14,480 nucleotides of DNA from an uncultured Pseudomonadota bacterium (GCA_963749075.1 CAVVLJ010000010.1:1-14480), one strand, 5' to 3'. Shown: positions 1-6,834, numbered from the stretch's first letter. Numbers and translations: made by a program. Notes: a model not told the origin generated them from the letters alone.

Positions 1-11
1 CGAGCCGGCCG

Positions 12-42
12 ATGGCGCAAGCAGTTGCGCCATTTTCATTTT
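12..42 (+). terminator. Rho-independent terminator of a plus-strand gene lying left of the window (converging on the SDR gene)
   Basis: Perfect 9-bp stem ATGGCGCAA (12-20)/TTGCGCCAT (25-33) with GCAG loop, followed by TTTCATTTT. Confidence 0.65.
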
Positions 43-70
43 CAGGTTTCTCGCATCCGAAATCCGGCCG

Positions 71-808
71 TCAGAATAGATGCTGGCCGCCGGTGACGAA
101 GACCTCCGTCCCGGTCACATAGCTGAAATCGGCGCTGCAGAGCGGGAAGACCGCCGCCGCCACTTCTTCCGGCCGGCCCATGCGGTGCATCGGGATGCGC
201 GGGATCAGGCTCTCGTACTCTGGGCCGATCATGGCCGTCTCGATCTCGCCGGGGGCAACCGCATTGACCCTGACCCCGAGCTCTGCGAACTCGACCGCCA
301 TCTCGCGGGTGAGCGCCGACAGGGCCGCCTTGGAGGTCGGTAGGCGGAGCCGGCAAAGGGATGGATCGCGTGGCCGGCGATGGAGGTGATGTTGACGATC
401 GAGCCTCGCCCGGCGATAAGCGCCGGGGCAAAGCCGCGCGAGAGCTCGAGCGGGGCGAAGAGATTGAGCTCGAACACGGCGCGCCAGCCCTCCAGATCGC
501 CGTTCAGGATGCCGAGCCGTTCCTTGAACGCCGTCTTGGGCGAGATGGCGGCGTTGTTGACCAGGGCATGGAGCGGCCCGCCGTCGAGGAGCGGCAGGCC
601 TCCGCATGAAGGCCGGCCCTGGCGGGAGCGCCAGATCGGTCACTACGTGGTGGGTCCAGTTGGGGTCACGCTCGCACTCGGGGGGTATCTCGTCGCGGCT
701 GCAGGTGATGATCCGCCAGCCCTCGGCCGAAAAGCGCTTCACGGTGGCATGGCCGATGCCGCGGCTGGCACCGGTAAGGACCACGGTCTTGGCTGTCCGC
801 TGAGACAT
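71..808 (-). CDS. Classical short-chain dehydrogenase/reductase (SDR) with internal compensating frameshifts (sequencing error or recent pseudogene)
   Basis: TGASRGIG Rossmann motif and C-terminal GVRVNAVAPG...GRPEEVA...YVTG lie in the 71..808 frame. The central SDR core (LDGGPLHALVNNAAISPK...FELNL...GSIVNITSIAG...GSAY) lies in the adjacent frame, about 597-340. The YxxxK motif is restored by adding 1 nt between 339 and 340. Confidence 0.85.
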   Translation of the reverse strand: MSQRTAKTVVLTGASRGIGHATVKRFSAEGWRIITCSRDEIPPECERDPNWTHHVVTDLALPPGPAFMRRPAAPRRRAAPCPGQQRRHLAQDGVQGTARHPERRSGGLARRVRAQSLRPARALARLCPGAYRRARLDRQHHLHRRPRDPSLCRLRLPTSKAALSALTREMAVEFAELGVRVNAVAPGEIETAMIGPEYESLIPRIPMHRMGRPEEVAAAVFPLCSADFSYVTGTEVFVTGGQHLF

Positions 809-815
809 GGCGCGC

Positions 816-821
816 AGTCTA
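816..821 (-). promoter_or_regulatory. Possible -10 element (TAGACT) of a leaderless SDR transcript
   Basis: TAnnnT hexamer ending 7 nt before the ATG at 808; no Shine-Dalgarno upstream of that ATG. Confidence 0.3.
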
Positions 822-880
822 GCCTAATCCACGGACGACGCCAGCGTCATGGCGGCGAGCTCCCGCCCGGCGAGGGCAGC

Positions 881-1729
881 TCAGTGCGCGATGAGGACGG
901 GCAGCTTTGCCGCGTTCAGCACGCCGCGCGTGGCACCCCCGAAGATGGTCTCGCGCACCCGGCTGTGGCCGTACCCGCCCATCACCACGAGATCGGCACC
1001 CGCCGCCGCGGCCTCGTCCACGAGCCCGGCGCCGACGGGCCAGCCCTTGAGCCGGACACGCTTCGTCTCCCCCTTGATGCCATGGTGGCCGAGCCACTCG
1101 GCGAGATCGTCGAGGCTCGGCTCGATCGGCGTCTCCTTGACGCCCTCGAGCAGCAACACGCGCTCCGCCTGGGCCAGGAACGGCAATGCCCCGCTCGCCG
1201 CGCGTGCCGCCTCCGCACTGCCGTTCCACGAGATCGCCACCGCCTTGCCGAAGCCGCTCGGCTCCGCGGGAAGCAGGAGAATGGGCCGCCCGCCTTCCAT
1301 GAGCGCCGCCTCGAGGGTGAGGCGCCAATCGATGTCGCGATCCTCGGGCACGCGGATCATCACGACGAGGTCGCGCACGCGCGCGGCGCGCGACACCTCG
1401 TCGGGCGCCCGCCCGATCACGCTACGGAAGCCCGCAGAGGCGCCCGTACCCGCGCCGACGACATTCGCCTTCTTGACCGCCGCATCGAACAGGCGCTGGG
1501 CATCCGCCGCCCGGGCATTCGCCTCCCTCTCGGCCAGATCGATGATCTGCGAGATGACGGAGCCGGAGGTCCCTTCGGCGATGAGCGGGACGGCCTCGCG
1601 CGGGTCCGGCTTCACGTGCAGGACGTCGGTAAAGGCGCCGAGGCGGCGCGCAAGCGCCAATGCCGCCACGAGCGCGCCCTCGCCCTTTTCGTAGCCCGTG
1701 AGGGGCACCAGGATGCTCTTGATAGGCAT
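881..1729 (-). CDS. Universal stress protein (UspA family, tandem-domain, 282 aa)
   Basis: Start MPIKSILVPLTG with GGAGG upstream. Contains DLVVM, ALMEGGRPILLLP, AISWNGSAEAARA and ADLVVMGGYGHSRVRETIFGGATRGVL...PVLIAH, typical of alphaproteobacterial tandem USPs. Confidence 0.93.
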   Translation of the reverse strand: MPIKSILVPLTGYEKGEGALVAALALARRLGAFTDVLHVKPDPREAVPLIAEGTSGSVISQIIDLAEREANARAADAQRLFDAAVKKANVVGAGTGASAGFRSVIGRAPDEVSRAARVRDLVVMIRVPEDRDIDWRLTLEAALMEGGRPILLLPAEPSGFGKAVAISWNGSAEAARAASGALPFLAQAERVLLLEGVKETPIEPSLDDLAEWLGHHGIKGETKRVRLKGWPVGAGLVDEAAAAGADLVVMGGYGHSRVRETIFGGATRGVLNAAKLPVLIAH

Positions 1730-1767
1730 TTCTTCCTCCGCTTCTTTCGCCATCATGGGGTCGAGAG

Positions 1768-1809
1768 AGGCTAACGTCGGGCACGGTCTCCTGCCGTGAT
1801 CTATGTCAA
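1768..1809 (-). promoter_or_regulatory. FNR/FixK-type box with class II promoter for the USP gene
   Basis: Minus-strand TTGAC-ATAG-ATCAC (1809-1796; 8/10 match to TTGAT-N4-ATCAA). -10 TAGCCT at 1773-1768 places the box centre at -41.5. Confidence 0.65.
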
Positions 1810-3389
1810 TGGCTTGCACCGAGAGCGAGGCCGAGGAGGCCGCGCGCCTGGGCGAGTGCGGTCTCGATTGTGCCCGAGACCTCGAGTTTCGGCCAGGCAA
1901 TGTCGTCGAGCGCCAAGCCGAGCTGTCCGCGCAGCACCTCGACCGAGGCATCGGAGGCATCGCCGCTGCGCTCGCGCACGCGCGCCTCGAGCACGCGCAC
2001 CGGCGCCTCGAGCCAAAGCGGGCGGAACGCGACGCCCGCCTCGCGCGCCACCGCCTCGATCGCCGCGCGCTCCTCGCGCCTTGCGTGCACGGCATCGGCA
2101 ACGACCGCGTGGCCGGCCGAAAGTGCTGCGCGCGCACGCTCGCGGATCGTGTGGTAGACGCGCGCCGTCACTTCGGCCGTGTATCCCTCGGGACCGAGGC
2201 GGGCGAGCGCCTCGCGGCCGAGGATGCGCTTCCGGGTTACGTCGCTGCGCAGCACGACCGCTCCCGGCACGGCGCCGAGCGCGGGTGCGAGTGCCTGCGC
2301 GAGCGTCGACTTGCCGCTGCCCGAGAGCCCGCCGAGCGCCACCAGCACGGGTGCCGGCGGAGCGAGATAGCCGAGCGCCAGATCGAGATAGGCACCCGCC
2401 TCCTCGGTCATGCGGCGCGCGCGCGCCGCTTCCGGCTGAGCCGCTGCCGCCGCGGCTCCCACCTGCGCGCGCACGGCCGCCCGGCACGAGAGAAAGAGCG
2501 GGAGCGCCGCGAGGCCGGAAAGCTCGCCGAGCGCGCCTCGCCGAGCACCCTCGGAGAGATAGCGGTTGAAGACGAGATTGCCGAGCGGGTCGAGCCGGCG
2601 CTTGTCGAGGTCCATGAGGAGGAAGGCGAGATCGTAGAGCACGTCGATGCAGGCGATCTGGTCGTTGAACTCGATGGCGTCGAAAAGCGTCGGCCGCCCT
2701 TCGAAAAGGCAGATGTTGCGCAAATGGAGATCGCCGTGGCAGTGGCGCACGAGCCCGGCCATCCGCCGTGCCTCGAGCAACGGGCGAAGGCGGCGCAGCG
2801 CTGCCTCGCTTTCGGCCTTGAGGCGAACGACCTTGCTCGCCTCGAAGCACCCGCCTGCCGAGCCGCCGAGCTCGGCATCGTTGCCCGCGATCGCACGGGC
2901 GATGCCCTCGGCCCCGCCATGCTCGAAGCGCCGCTCGGCGGCCGCGTGAAGATCCAGCACGGCATCGGCGAGGGAGGTCATGAGCGAAGGTGCGAGGGCG
3001 CCGCGCTCCGCGAGACGATCGAAGAGCGCCTCCTGGTCGAAGCGGCGCATGACGACGACCCAGTCGACGACCCGGCCCTGACCCCCCAACCGGAGCGCGC
3101 CATCGGCATCACGCGTGATCGGCGTCGCGGCGAGATAGAGGGAGGGCGCCGTGCGCCGATTGAGGGCGAGCTCGGCCTCGCACGCGCGCCGGCGCAGCGC
3201 CAAGGTCGAGAAGTCCATGTAAGGAAACTTGACGGCGCGCTTGAGCTTGTAGGCCCGCTCGCCGGCGAGCGCCACGACGGCGCCGTGGGTATCGATGCGC
3301 TCGACCGCAGCACCGCCATGCGTGCACGGATCGCAGAGAAAGGCGATCACCTCCCTCTGATCCTCGACGACGTGGCTCGCAACGCCCAT
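1806..3389 (-). CDS. Bifunctional aminoglycoside-phosphotransferase-like kinase / P-loop (AAA_33, gluconate-kinase-like) protein
   Basis: N-terminal THGAVV...AYKLKRAV..PYMDFST, catalytic HCHGDLHLRNI and FDAIEF motifs. C-terminal Walker A GLSGSGKS, LRSDVTRKR and DASDA. Start taken at ATG 3389; 3425 is an alternative. Confidence 0.9.
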   Translation of the reverse strand: MGVASHVVEDQREVIAFLCDPCTHGGAAVERIDTHGAVVALAGERAYKLKRAVKFPYMDFSTLALRRRACEAELALNRRTAPSLYLAATPITRDADGALRLGGQGRVVDWVVVMRRFDQEALFDRLAERGALAPSLMTSLADAVLDLHAAAERRFEHGGAEGIARAIAGNDAELGGSAGGCFEASKVVRLKAESEAALRRLRPLLEARRMAGLVRHCHGDLHLRNICLFEGRPTLFDAIEFNDQIACIDVLYDLAFLLMDLDKRRLDPLGNLVFNRYLSEGARRGALGELSGLAALPLFLSCRAAVRAQVGAAAAAAQPEAARARRMTEEAGAYLDLALGYLAPPAPVLVALGGLSGSGKSTLAQALAPALGAVPGAVVLRSDVTRKRILGREALARLGPEGYTAEVTARVYHTIRERARAALSAGHAVVADAVHARREERAAIEAVAREAGVAFRPLWLEAPVRVLEARVRERSGDASDASVEVLRGQLGLALDDIAWPKLEVSGTIETALAQARGLLGLALGASH

Positions 3390-3452
3390 CGCCCTCACTC
3401 GCTCGGTATGCCCGCCCTCTGTCATCTGGAATTCACCACATCAGGAAAAACT

Positions 3453-3531
3453 CGTCGTTGCGAGGCGCCCGAAGGGCAACGAAGCAATTCAGCCCCGGCG
3501 TACGCCGGGTTTCGCTGCGCTCGCAACGGCG
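3453..3531. repeat. Intergenic palindromic (REP/RPE-like) element
   Basis: Terminal inverted repeat CGTCGTTGCGAG (3453-3464)/CTCGCAACGGCG (3520-3531), internal GCCC-GAA-GGGC hairpin (3467-3477), CGAAGCAAT motif and perfect 16-bp palindrome CCCGGCGTACGCCGGG (3494-3509). Resembles the GTCATTGCGAG...CGAAGCAATC...CTCGCAATGAC palindromic repeats of Alphaproteobacteria. Confidence 0.65.
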
Positions 3532-3565
3532 GTCATCTCCGGGTGAGACGAACCTCCAAATCGCA

Positions 3566-3607
3566 ACACTAGCACGGGAAGGAAGGAGGCGAATTGCGAT
3601 GGATCAA
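3566..3607 (-). promoter_or_regulatory. FNR/FixK-type box with class II promoter for the kinase(-USP) unit
   Basis: Minus-strand TTGAT-CCAT-CGCAA (3607-3594). -10 TAGTGT at 3571-3566 places the box centre at -41.5, the same spacing as the 1768-1809 site. Confidence 0.65.
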
Positions 3608-3616
3608 ACTGCTTCC

Positions 3617-3645
3617 AGCCGGGCGCGCGGCGGCGCGCCCCGGCT
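3617..3645 (-). terminator. GC-rich hairpin directly after the CDF stop codon (possible terminator)
   Basis: AGCCGGGCGCGC (3617-3628) pairs with GCGCGCC(C)CGGCT (3633-3645) with one bulge; no clear U tract. Confidence 0.35.
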
Positions 3646-4562
3646 CAGCGCGCATAGCTCGGCCGCGCCTCGGGGATTCCGGCCGGGTCCTCGTGAATGA
3701 TCACCTCGGCGTCCGGGAAGGCCTCGAGCAGATGCGCCTCGACGGCATCGGCGATCTCGTGGGCGCGCAGAAGCGTGATATCCGGGTTCATCTCGAGGTG
3801 GAGCTGGATGAACCGCCTCTGCCCCGAGGCGCGCGTGCGCAGATCGTGGAGCGTCACCACGCCGGAATGGGAGAGCGCGATCTCCCTGATGCGCTTGCGC
3901 GCGTCGTCGGGCAGCTCGCGATCCATGAGCTGATCGAGCGACTGGCGCGCGATGTACCAGGCGCTCACCACGATGTAGATCGCGATGGCGATCGCGAAGA
4001 TAGGATCGAGGAAGTGCCAGCCGAACTCGAGGCCGAGGAAGAGGGACAGCATCACGCTGCCGTTCACCATCAAGTCGCCGAAGTAATGGAGCGCGTCGGC
4101 CTTGATCGCGATCGAGCGCGTCGCCCGCACGACATAGCGCTGGTACTGCAGCAGCACGAGGGTGACCACGATCGAGAGCCCCATGACCGCGATCCCGAAC
4201 GCTCCGTTGTGCACCGGCTGCACGTCGATAAGCCGGTGCCCGGCCTCGAAGATGAGGAAGACCGCCGAGCCCGCGATGAAGGCCGACTGGCCCAGCCCGG
4301 CGAGCGCTTCCGCCTTGCCGTGACCGAAGCGGTGCTCCCGGTCGGCCGGCACGAGCGATTGACGAACGGCCACGAGATTGATGACGGAGGCGGCGACATC
4401 GAGCAGCGAATTGATGAGGGTGGAGAGGAGCGCCACCGAGTTGGTCACCAGATAGGCGCCGATCTTCGCGACGATGAGCAGGGAAGCCACCGTGACGGAC
4501 GCGTAGGTGGCGCCGGTCATCAGCCTTGCATTCTTTTGGCTCGCAACGCCGCTATCCATCAT
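3645..4562 (-). CDS. fieF: Cation diffusion facilitator, FieF/YiiP-like divalent metal efflux transporter
   Basis: Six hydrophobic segments. Site B PADREHRFGHGKAE, TM5 ADALHYFGD, cytoplasmic domain HDLRTR, QLHLEM, AHEIAD and VIIHEDP. Start at 4562 or 4559. Confidence 0.92.
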   Translation of the reverse strand: MMDSGVASQKNARLMTGATYASVTVASLLIVAKIGAYLVTNSVALLSTLINSLLDVAASVINLVAVRQSLVPADREHRFGHGKAEALAGLGQSAFIAGSAVFLIFEAGHRLIDVQPVHNGAFGIAVMGLSIVVTLVLLQYQRYVVRATRSIAIKADALHYFGDLMVNGSVMLSLFLGLEFGWHFLDPIFAIAIAIYIVVSAWYIARQSLDQLMDRELPDDARKRIREIALSHSGVVTLHDLRTRASGQRRFIQLHLEMNPDITLLRAHEIADAVEAHLLEAFPDAEVIIHEDPAGIPEARPSYAR

Positions 4563-4588
4563 TGTGCCCCCGCCTTGCCGAGCCGGAC

Positions 4589-5179
4589 TCAGGGATAGAG
4601 CCGCTCGCAGCGCCAGCCGTCCTCACCGCGCGAGTAGACGAGGCGCTCGTGTAGCCGGAACGGGCGCTCGCGCCAGAATTCGATGCGCTCGGGTCGGATG
4701 CGGTAGCCCGACCAATGGGGCGGACGCGGAACTTTGCCGAAGCCGAACTTCGCCGCGTATTGGGCGACGCGCCGCTCGAGCTCGAAAGCGCCGGAGAGCG
4801 GACGCGACTGCTGGGAGGCCCAGGCGCCGATCTGGCTCTGACGGTGGCGGGAGGCGAAATACTCGTCCGCCTCCGCGTCGGAGACCCGGCTCACCGGCCC
4901 TTCCACCCGCACCTGCCGGCGCAGTGATTTCCAGTGAAAGCAAAGGGCCGCGCGCGGATTGGCGGCGAGCTCGTGACCCTTGCGGCTCTCGAGATTGGTG
5001 TAGAAGACGAAGCCGCGCTCGTCGGCATCCTTGAGCAGCACCATGCGCACCGAAGGCACGCCGCGCGCGTCCGCCGTCGCGAGCGCCACCGCATTCGCCT
5101 CCGCCGGCTCGCTCGCCTCCGCCTCTTTGAACAAGTGGCGGAAGAGAGCCACCGGGTCCTCGCTCGAGCCTTCATTCAT
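4589..5179 (-). CDS. pdxH: Pyridoxine/pyridoxamine 5'-phosphate oxidase
   Basis: [54 protein letters not shown]...RLHER and ERLYP motifs; start taken at MNEG (5179). Confidence 0.96.
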   Translation of the reverse strand: MNEGSSEDPVALFRHLFKEAEASEPAEANAVALATADARGVPSVRMVLLKDADERGFVFYTNLESRKGHELAANPRAALCFHWKSLRRQVRVEGPVSRVSDAEADEYFASRHRQSQIGAWASQQSRPLSGAFELERRVAQYAAKFGFGKVPRPPHWSGYRIRPERIEFWRERPFRLHERLVYSRGEDGWRCERLYP

Positions 5180-5215
5180 GGCCGTCTCAGCCAGCCTCAA
5201 CCCTTCCGGTGAGAG

Positions 5216-5224
5216 TGATATAAT
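5216..5224 (+). promoter_or_regulatory. Perfect extended -10 promoter element (TGnTATAAT)
   Basis: TGATATAAT in an AT-rich patch divergent from pdxH; no confident CDS directly downstream. Confidence 0.45.
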
Positions 5225-5504
5225 TCGATTAAGCTCAGCGCGCACGGCAAAAAACCACGAAATATCGGAGGATACGGCCGCGCGCCGTGCAAGGAGGCGG
5301 GCTGCCGCCTCCGGGCCTGCCGCAGGGTGGAGGCTCTCTTGGCGTATCTGGTGCGCCCGCTACAGAAGGCGGCGTGAGGCAAGCGGCTGCGGGAAGAGTG
5401 CTGTGGCACCCGGCAAGGCACGCGACAGGCAAGGTGCTGCGGCGCCATTGCTCCACGGCCGAGCAAGCGGGCACCGCGAGCAATGCCGGACGGCGGCGGG
5501 TCAA

Positions 5505-5533
5505 TTGACAAGGAACTATCGGCACCCTACGTT
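5505..5533 (+). promoter_or_regulatory. Sigma70-type promoter for the secreted protein/glycine-zipper operon
   Basis: TTGACA (5505-5510), 17-nt spacer, TACGTT (5528-5533). The -35 sits in the palindrome GTCAATTGAC (5500-5509). Confidence 0.6.
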
Positions 5534-5647
5534 CAATCGGTTGTTCATGAATCTTTCGTTCCTTATTTTCTGCGATTTTCATCGTCCGGTCGCCCAGCAG
5601 GGCGACTCGAACCCCACCCCTTTCCCAAGAGCGGAGGAAGTTGTGTC

Positions 5648-6073
5648 ATGAAGAAGCTAGGGCAGCTCGTGGCTGCGTTGATGCTCGGCGCGGCCGCGGC
5701 GGCGCTCGCCACGCCCGCTTGGGCGCAGATGCCGAGGGGGGATCACGGATTCCGTGATCATGACCCTGGGCACTTCGCGGAGCACGACTGGGGCGTCTGG
5801 CGCGGCGGCAATTGGAACCATGCTTGGCACGACGGACGCTTTGGCTGGTGGTGGATAGTTGGGCCTTACTGGTACTTCTACCCGCAACCGATCTACCCCT
5901 ATCCGGACCCCTATGTTCCGCCGACCGTGGTCGCGCAACCGGGACCGGCCGCGCCGGCGCCCGTGCAGTACTGGTACTATTGCGACAACCCGCCGGGATA
6001 TTACCCCTACGTCACCTCATGCAGCGCCGCATGGCGTCAAGTCCCCGCGACACCGCAGGGTCCGAAGCCGTAA
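5648..6073 (+). CDS. Hypothetical secreted Gly/His/Trp/Tyr/Pro-rich protein with C-terminal WYYC...YYPYV..C...WRQVPATP domain (141 aa)
   Basis: GGAGG at 5633-5637. Sec signal peptide MKKLGQLVAALMLGAAAAALATPAWA, then WRGGNWNHAWHDGRFGWWW and YP repeats. Paralogue at 12524-12946. Confidence 0.85.
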   Translation: MKKLGQLVAALMLGAAAAALATPAWAQMPRGDHGFRDHDPGHFAEHDWGVWRGGNWNHAWHDGRFGWWWIVGPYWYFYPQPIYPYPDPYVPPTVVAQPGPAAPAPVQYWYYCDNPPGYYPYVTSCSAAWRQVPATPQGPKP

Positions 6074-6084
6074 GGAGAGCATCA

Positions 6085-6603
6085 ATGACGCGCTATGCAC
6101 TGATTGCGACCGGAGTTGTCGCCGCCATGCTGCTCGGCGGCTGCGGTCCCCAGCCGCTGTCGCCCAGCGTGCCGGTGATGCCGGCGCCCAATAAGCCTTT
6201 CGATGCCTTCCAGCAGGATCAGGCCGTGTGCCGGCAGTTTGCGCAGTCGCAGGTCGCCGGCCAGGAGAACGCGGGGAGCAACCAGGTGCTGGGCAGCGCC
6301 ATCGTCGGCACCGTGCTCGGCGCCGGGCTGGGAGCGGCTCTGGGCGGCGGCAAGGGTGCCGCCATCGGTGCCGCCTCCGGTGCCATCGCGGGCACCGCCT
6401 ACGGCGCGGGTACGGGCGGTGCGGTGCAGATGACCGTGCAGCAGCGCTACGACAACGCCTACATGCAATGCATGTACTCCCGCGGCAACCAGGTGCCGGG
6501 CTACCAGCCCGGCTATGCGCCCCCACCCCCGCCGGGAGGCGCGCCGCCGGCAGGCGGCGCCCCGCCGCCCCCGCCACCCGGCTCACCGCCGCCACAAGGC
6601 TGA
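6085..6603 (+). CDS. Glycine-zipper lipoprotein with Pro-rich tail (172 aa)
   Basis: AAGGAG RBS overlapping the upstream stop; lipobox LLGG-C. GxxxG zipper GSAIVGTVLGAGLGAALGGGKGAAIGAASGAIAGTAYG is flanked by DQAVCRQFA and YDNAYMQCMYSRG; poly-Pro C-terminus. Confidence 0.88.
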   Translation: MTRYALIATGVVAAMLLGGCGPQPLSPSVPVMPAPNKPFDAFQQDQAVCRQFAQSQVAGQENAGSNQVLGSAIVGTVLGAGLGAALGGGKGAAIGAASGAIAGTAYGAGTGGAVQMTVQQRYDNAYMQCMYSRGNQVPGYQPGYAPPPPPGGAPPAGGAPPPPPPGSPPPQG

Positions 6604-6612
6604 TCCTTCCGG

Positions 6613-6644
6613 TCGCGTCGCGGCGGAGCTCGGCTGCGATGCGA
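6613..6644 (+). terminator. Hairpin downstream of the glycine-zipper gene (possible terminator or RNA stabiliser)
   Basis: TCGCGTCGCGGC pairs with GCTGCGATGCGA (two G-U pairs) around GGAGCTCG; no U tract. Confidence 0.3.
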
Positions 6645-6806
6645 GCCAGGGTTCGGCCGAAAAGCGGGCGGCGTACCGCGGACGCCGCATGCAGCGATGG
6701 CATTCGTCCTTCGCGGGGAGCATTGCGGTCCTGCCTGCGGCTCGTCAGCGCGGGGAGCTGAGCCGCCCGCGTGATCGCAGCCGCGGCGCGCGCGGATGAC
6801 GCGGCT

Positions 6807-6834
6807 TTGCCCTCTACCGGCTTTTGTGTAGGAT
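6807..6834 (+). promoter_or_regulatory. Possible sigma70 promoter for fabI-aroC
   Basis: TTGCCC, 16-nt spacer, TAGGAT, about 60 nt upstream of the fabI ATG. Confidence 0.35.

Noticed and set aside
1730-2137. N-terminal extension of the USP ORF (likewise 5483-5647, 5812-6084, 12446-12523 and 13863-14159 for other genes)
   Set aside because: These extensions overlap neighbouring genes or promoters; downstream ATGs with RBS and family-typical N-termini fit better.
1803-3572. 589-aa plus-strand ORF (also 380..1774, 3594..4598, 6814..7659, 7653..9188, 8692..9696, 10087..11199 and 11332..12585)
   Set aside because: Antisense shadows of motif-bearing genes, expected in high-GC DNA; no recognisable motifs of their own.
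5287-5508. 73-aa GTG-start ORF in the pdxH upstream region
   Set aside because: The SD is about 14 nt away, there is no recognisable motif, and the ORF ends inside the next promoter; not supportable as a CDS.
5512-5533. GGAAC...CGTT resembling an EcfG general-stress promoter
   Set aside because: The spacer is 13 nt rather than about 16-17; the sigma70 reading fits better.
5589-5620. GGTTCGAGTC on the minus strand, resembling a tRNA T-loop or att site, next to the hairpin GTCGCCC/GGGCGAC
   Set aside because: The T-stem does not pair properly, and there is no cloverleaf, CCA end or integrase. More simply a 5' UTR hairpin.
6517-6600. GC-rich imperfect repeats (also 12634-12695)
   Set aside because: They simply encode poly-Pro and HGGGG low-complexity peptide; not a CRISPR array or VNTR.
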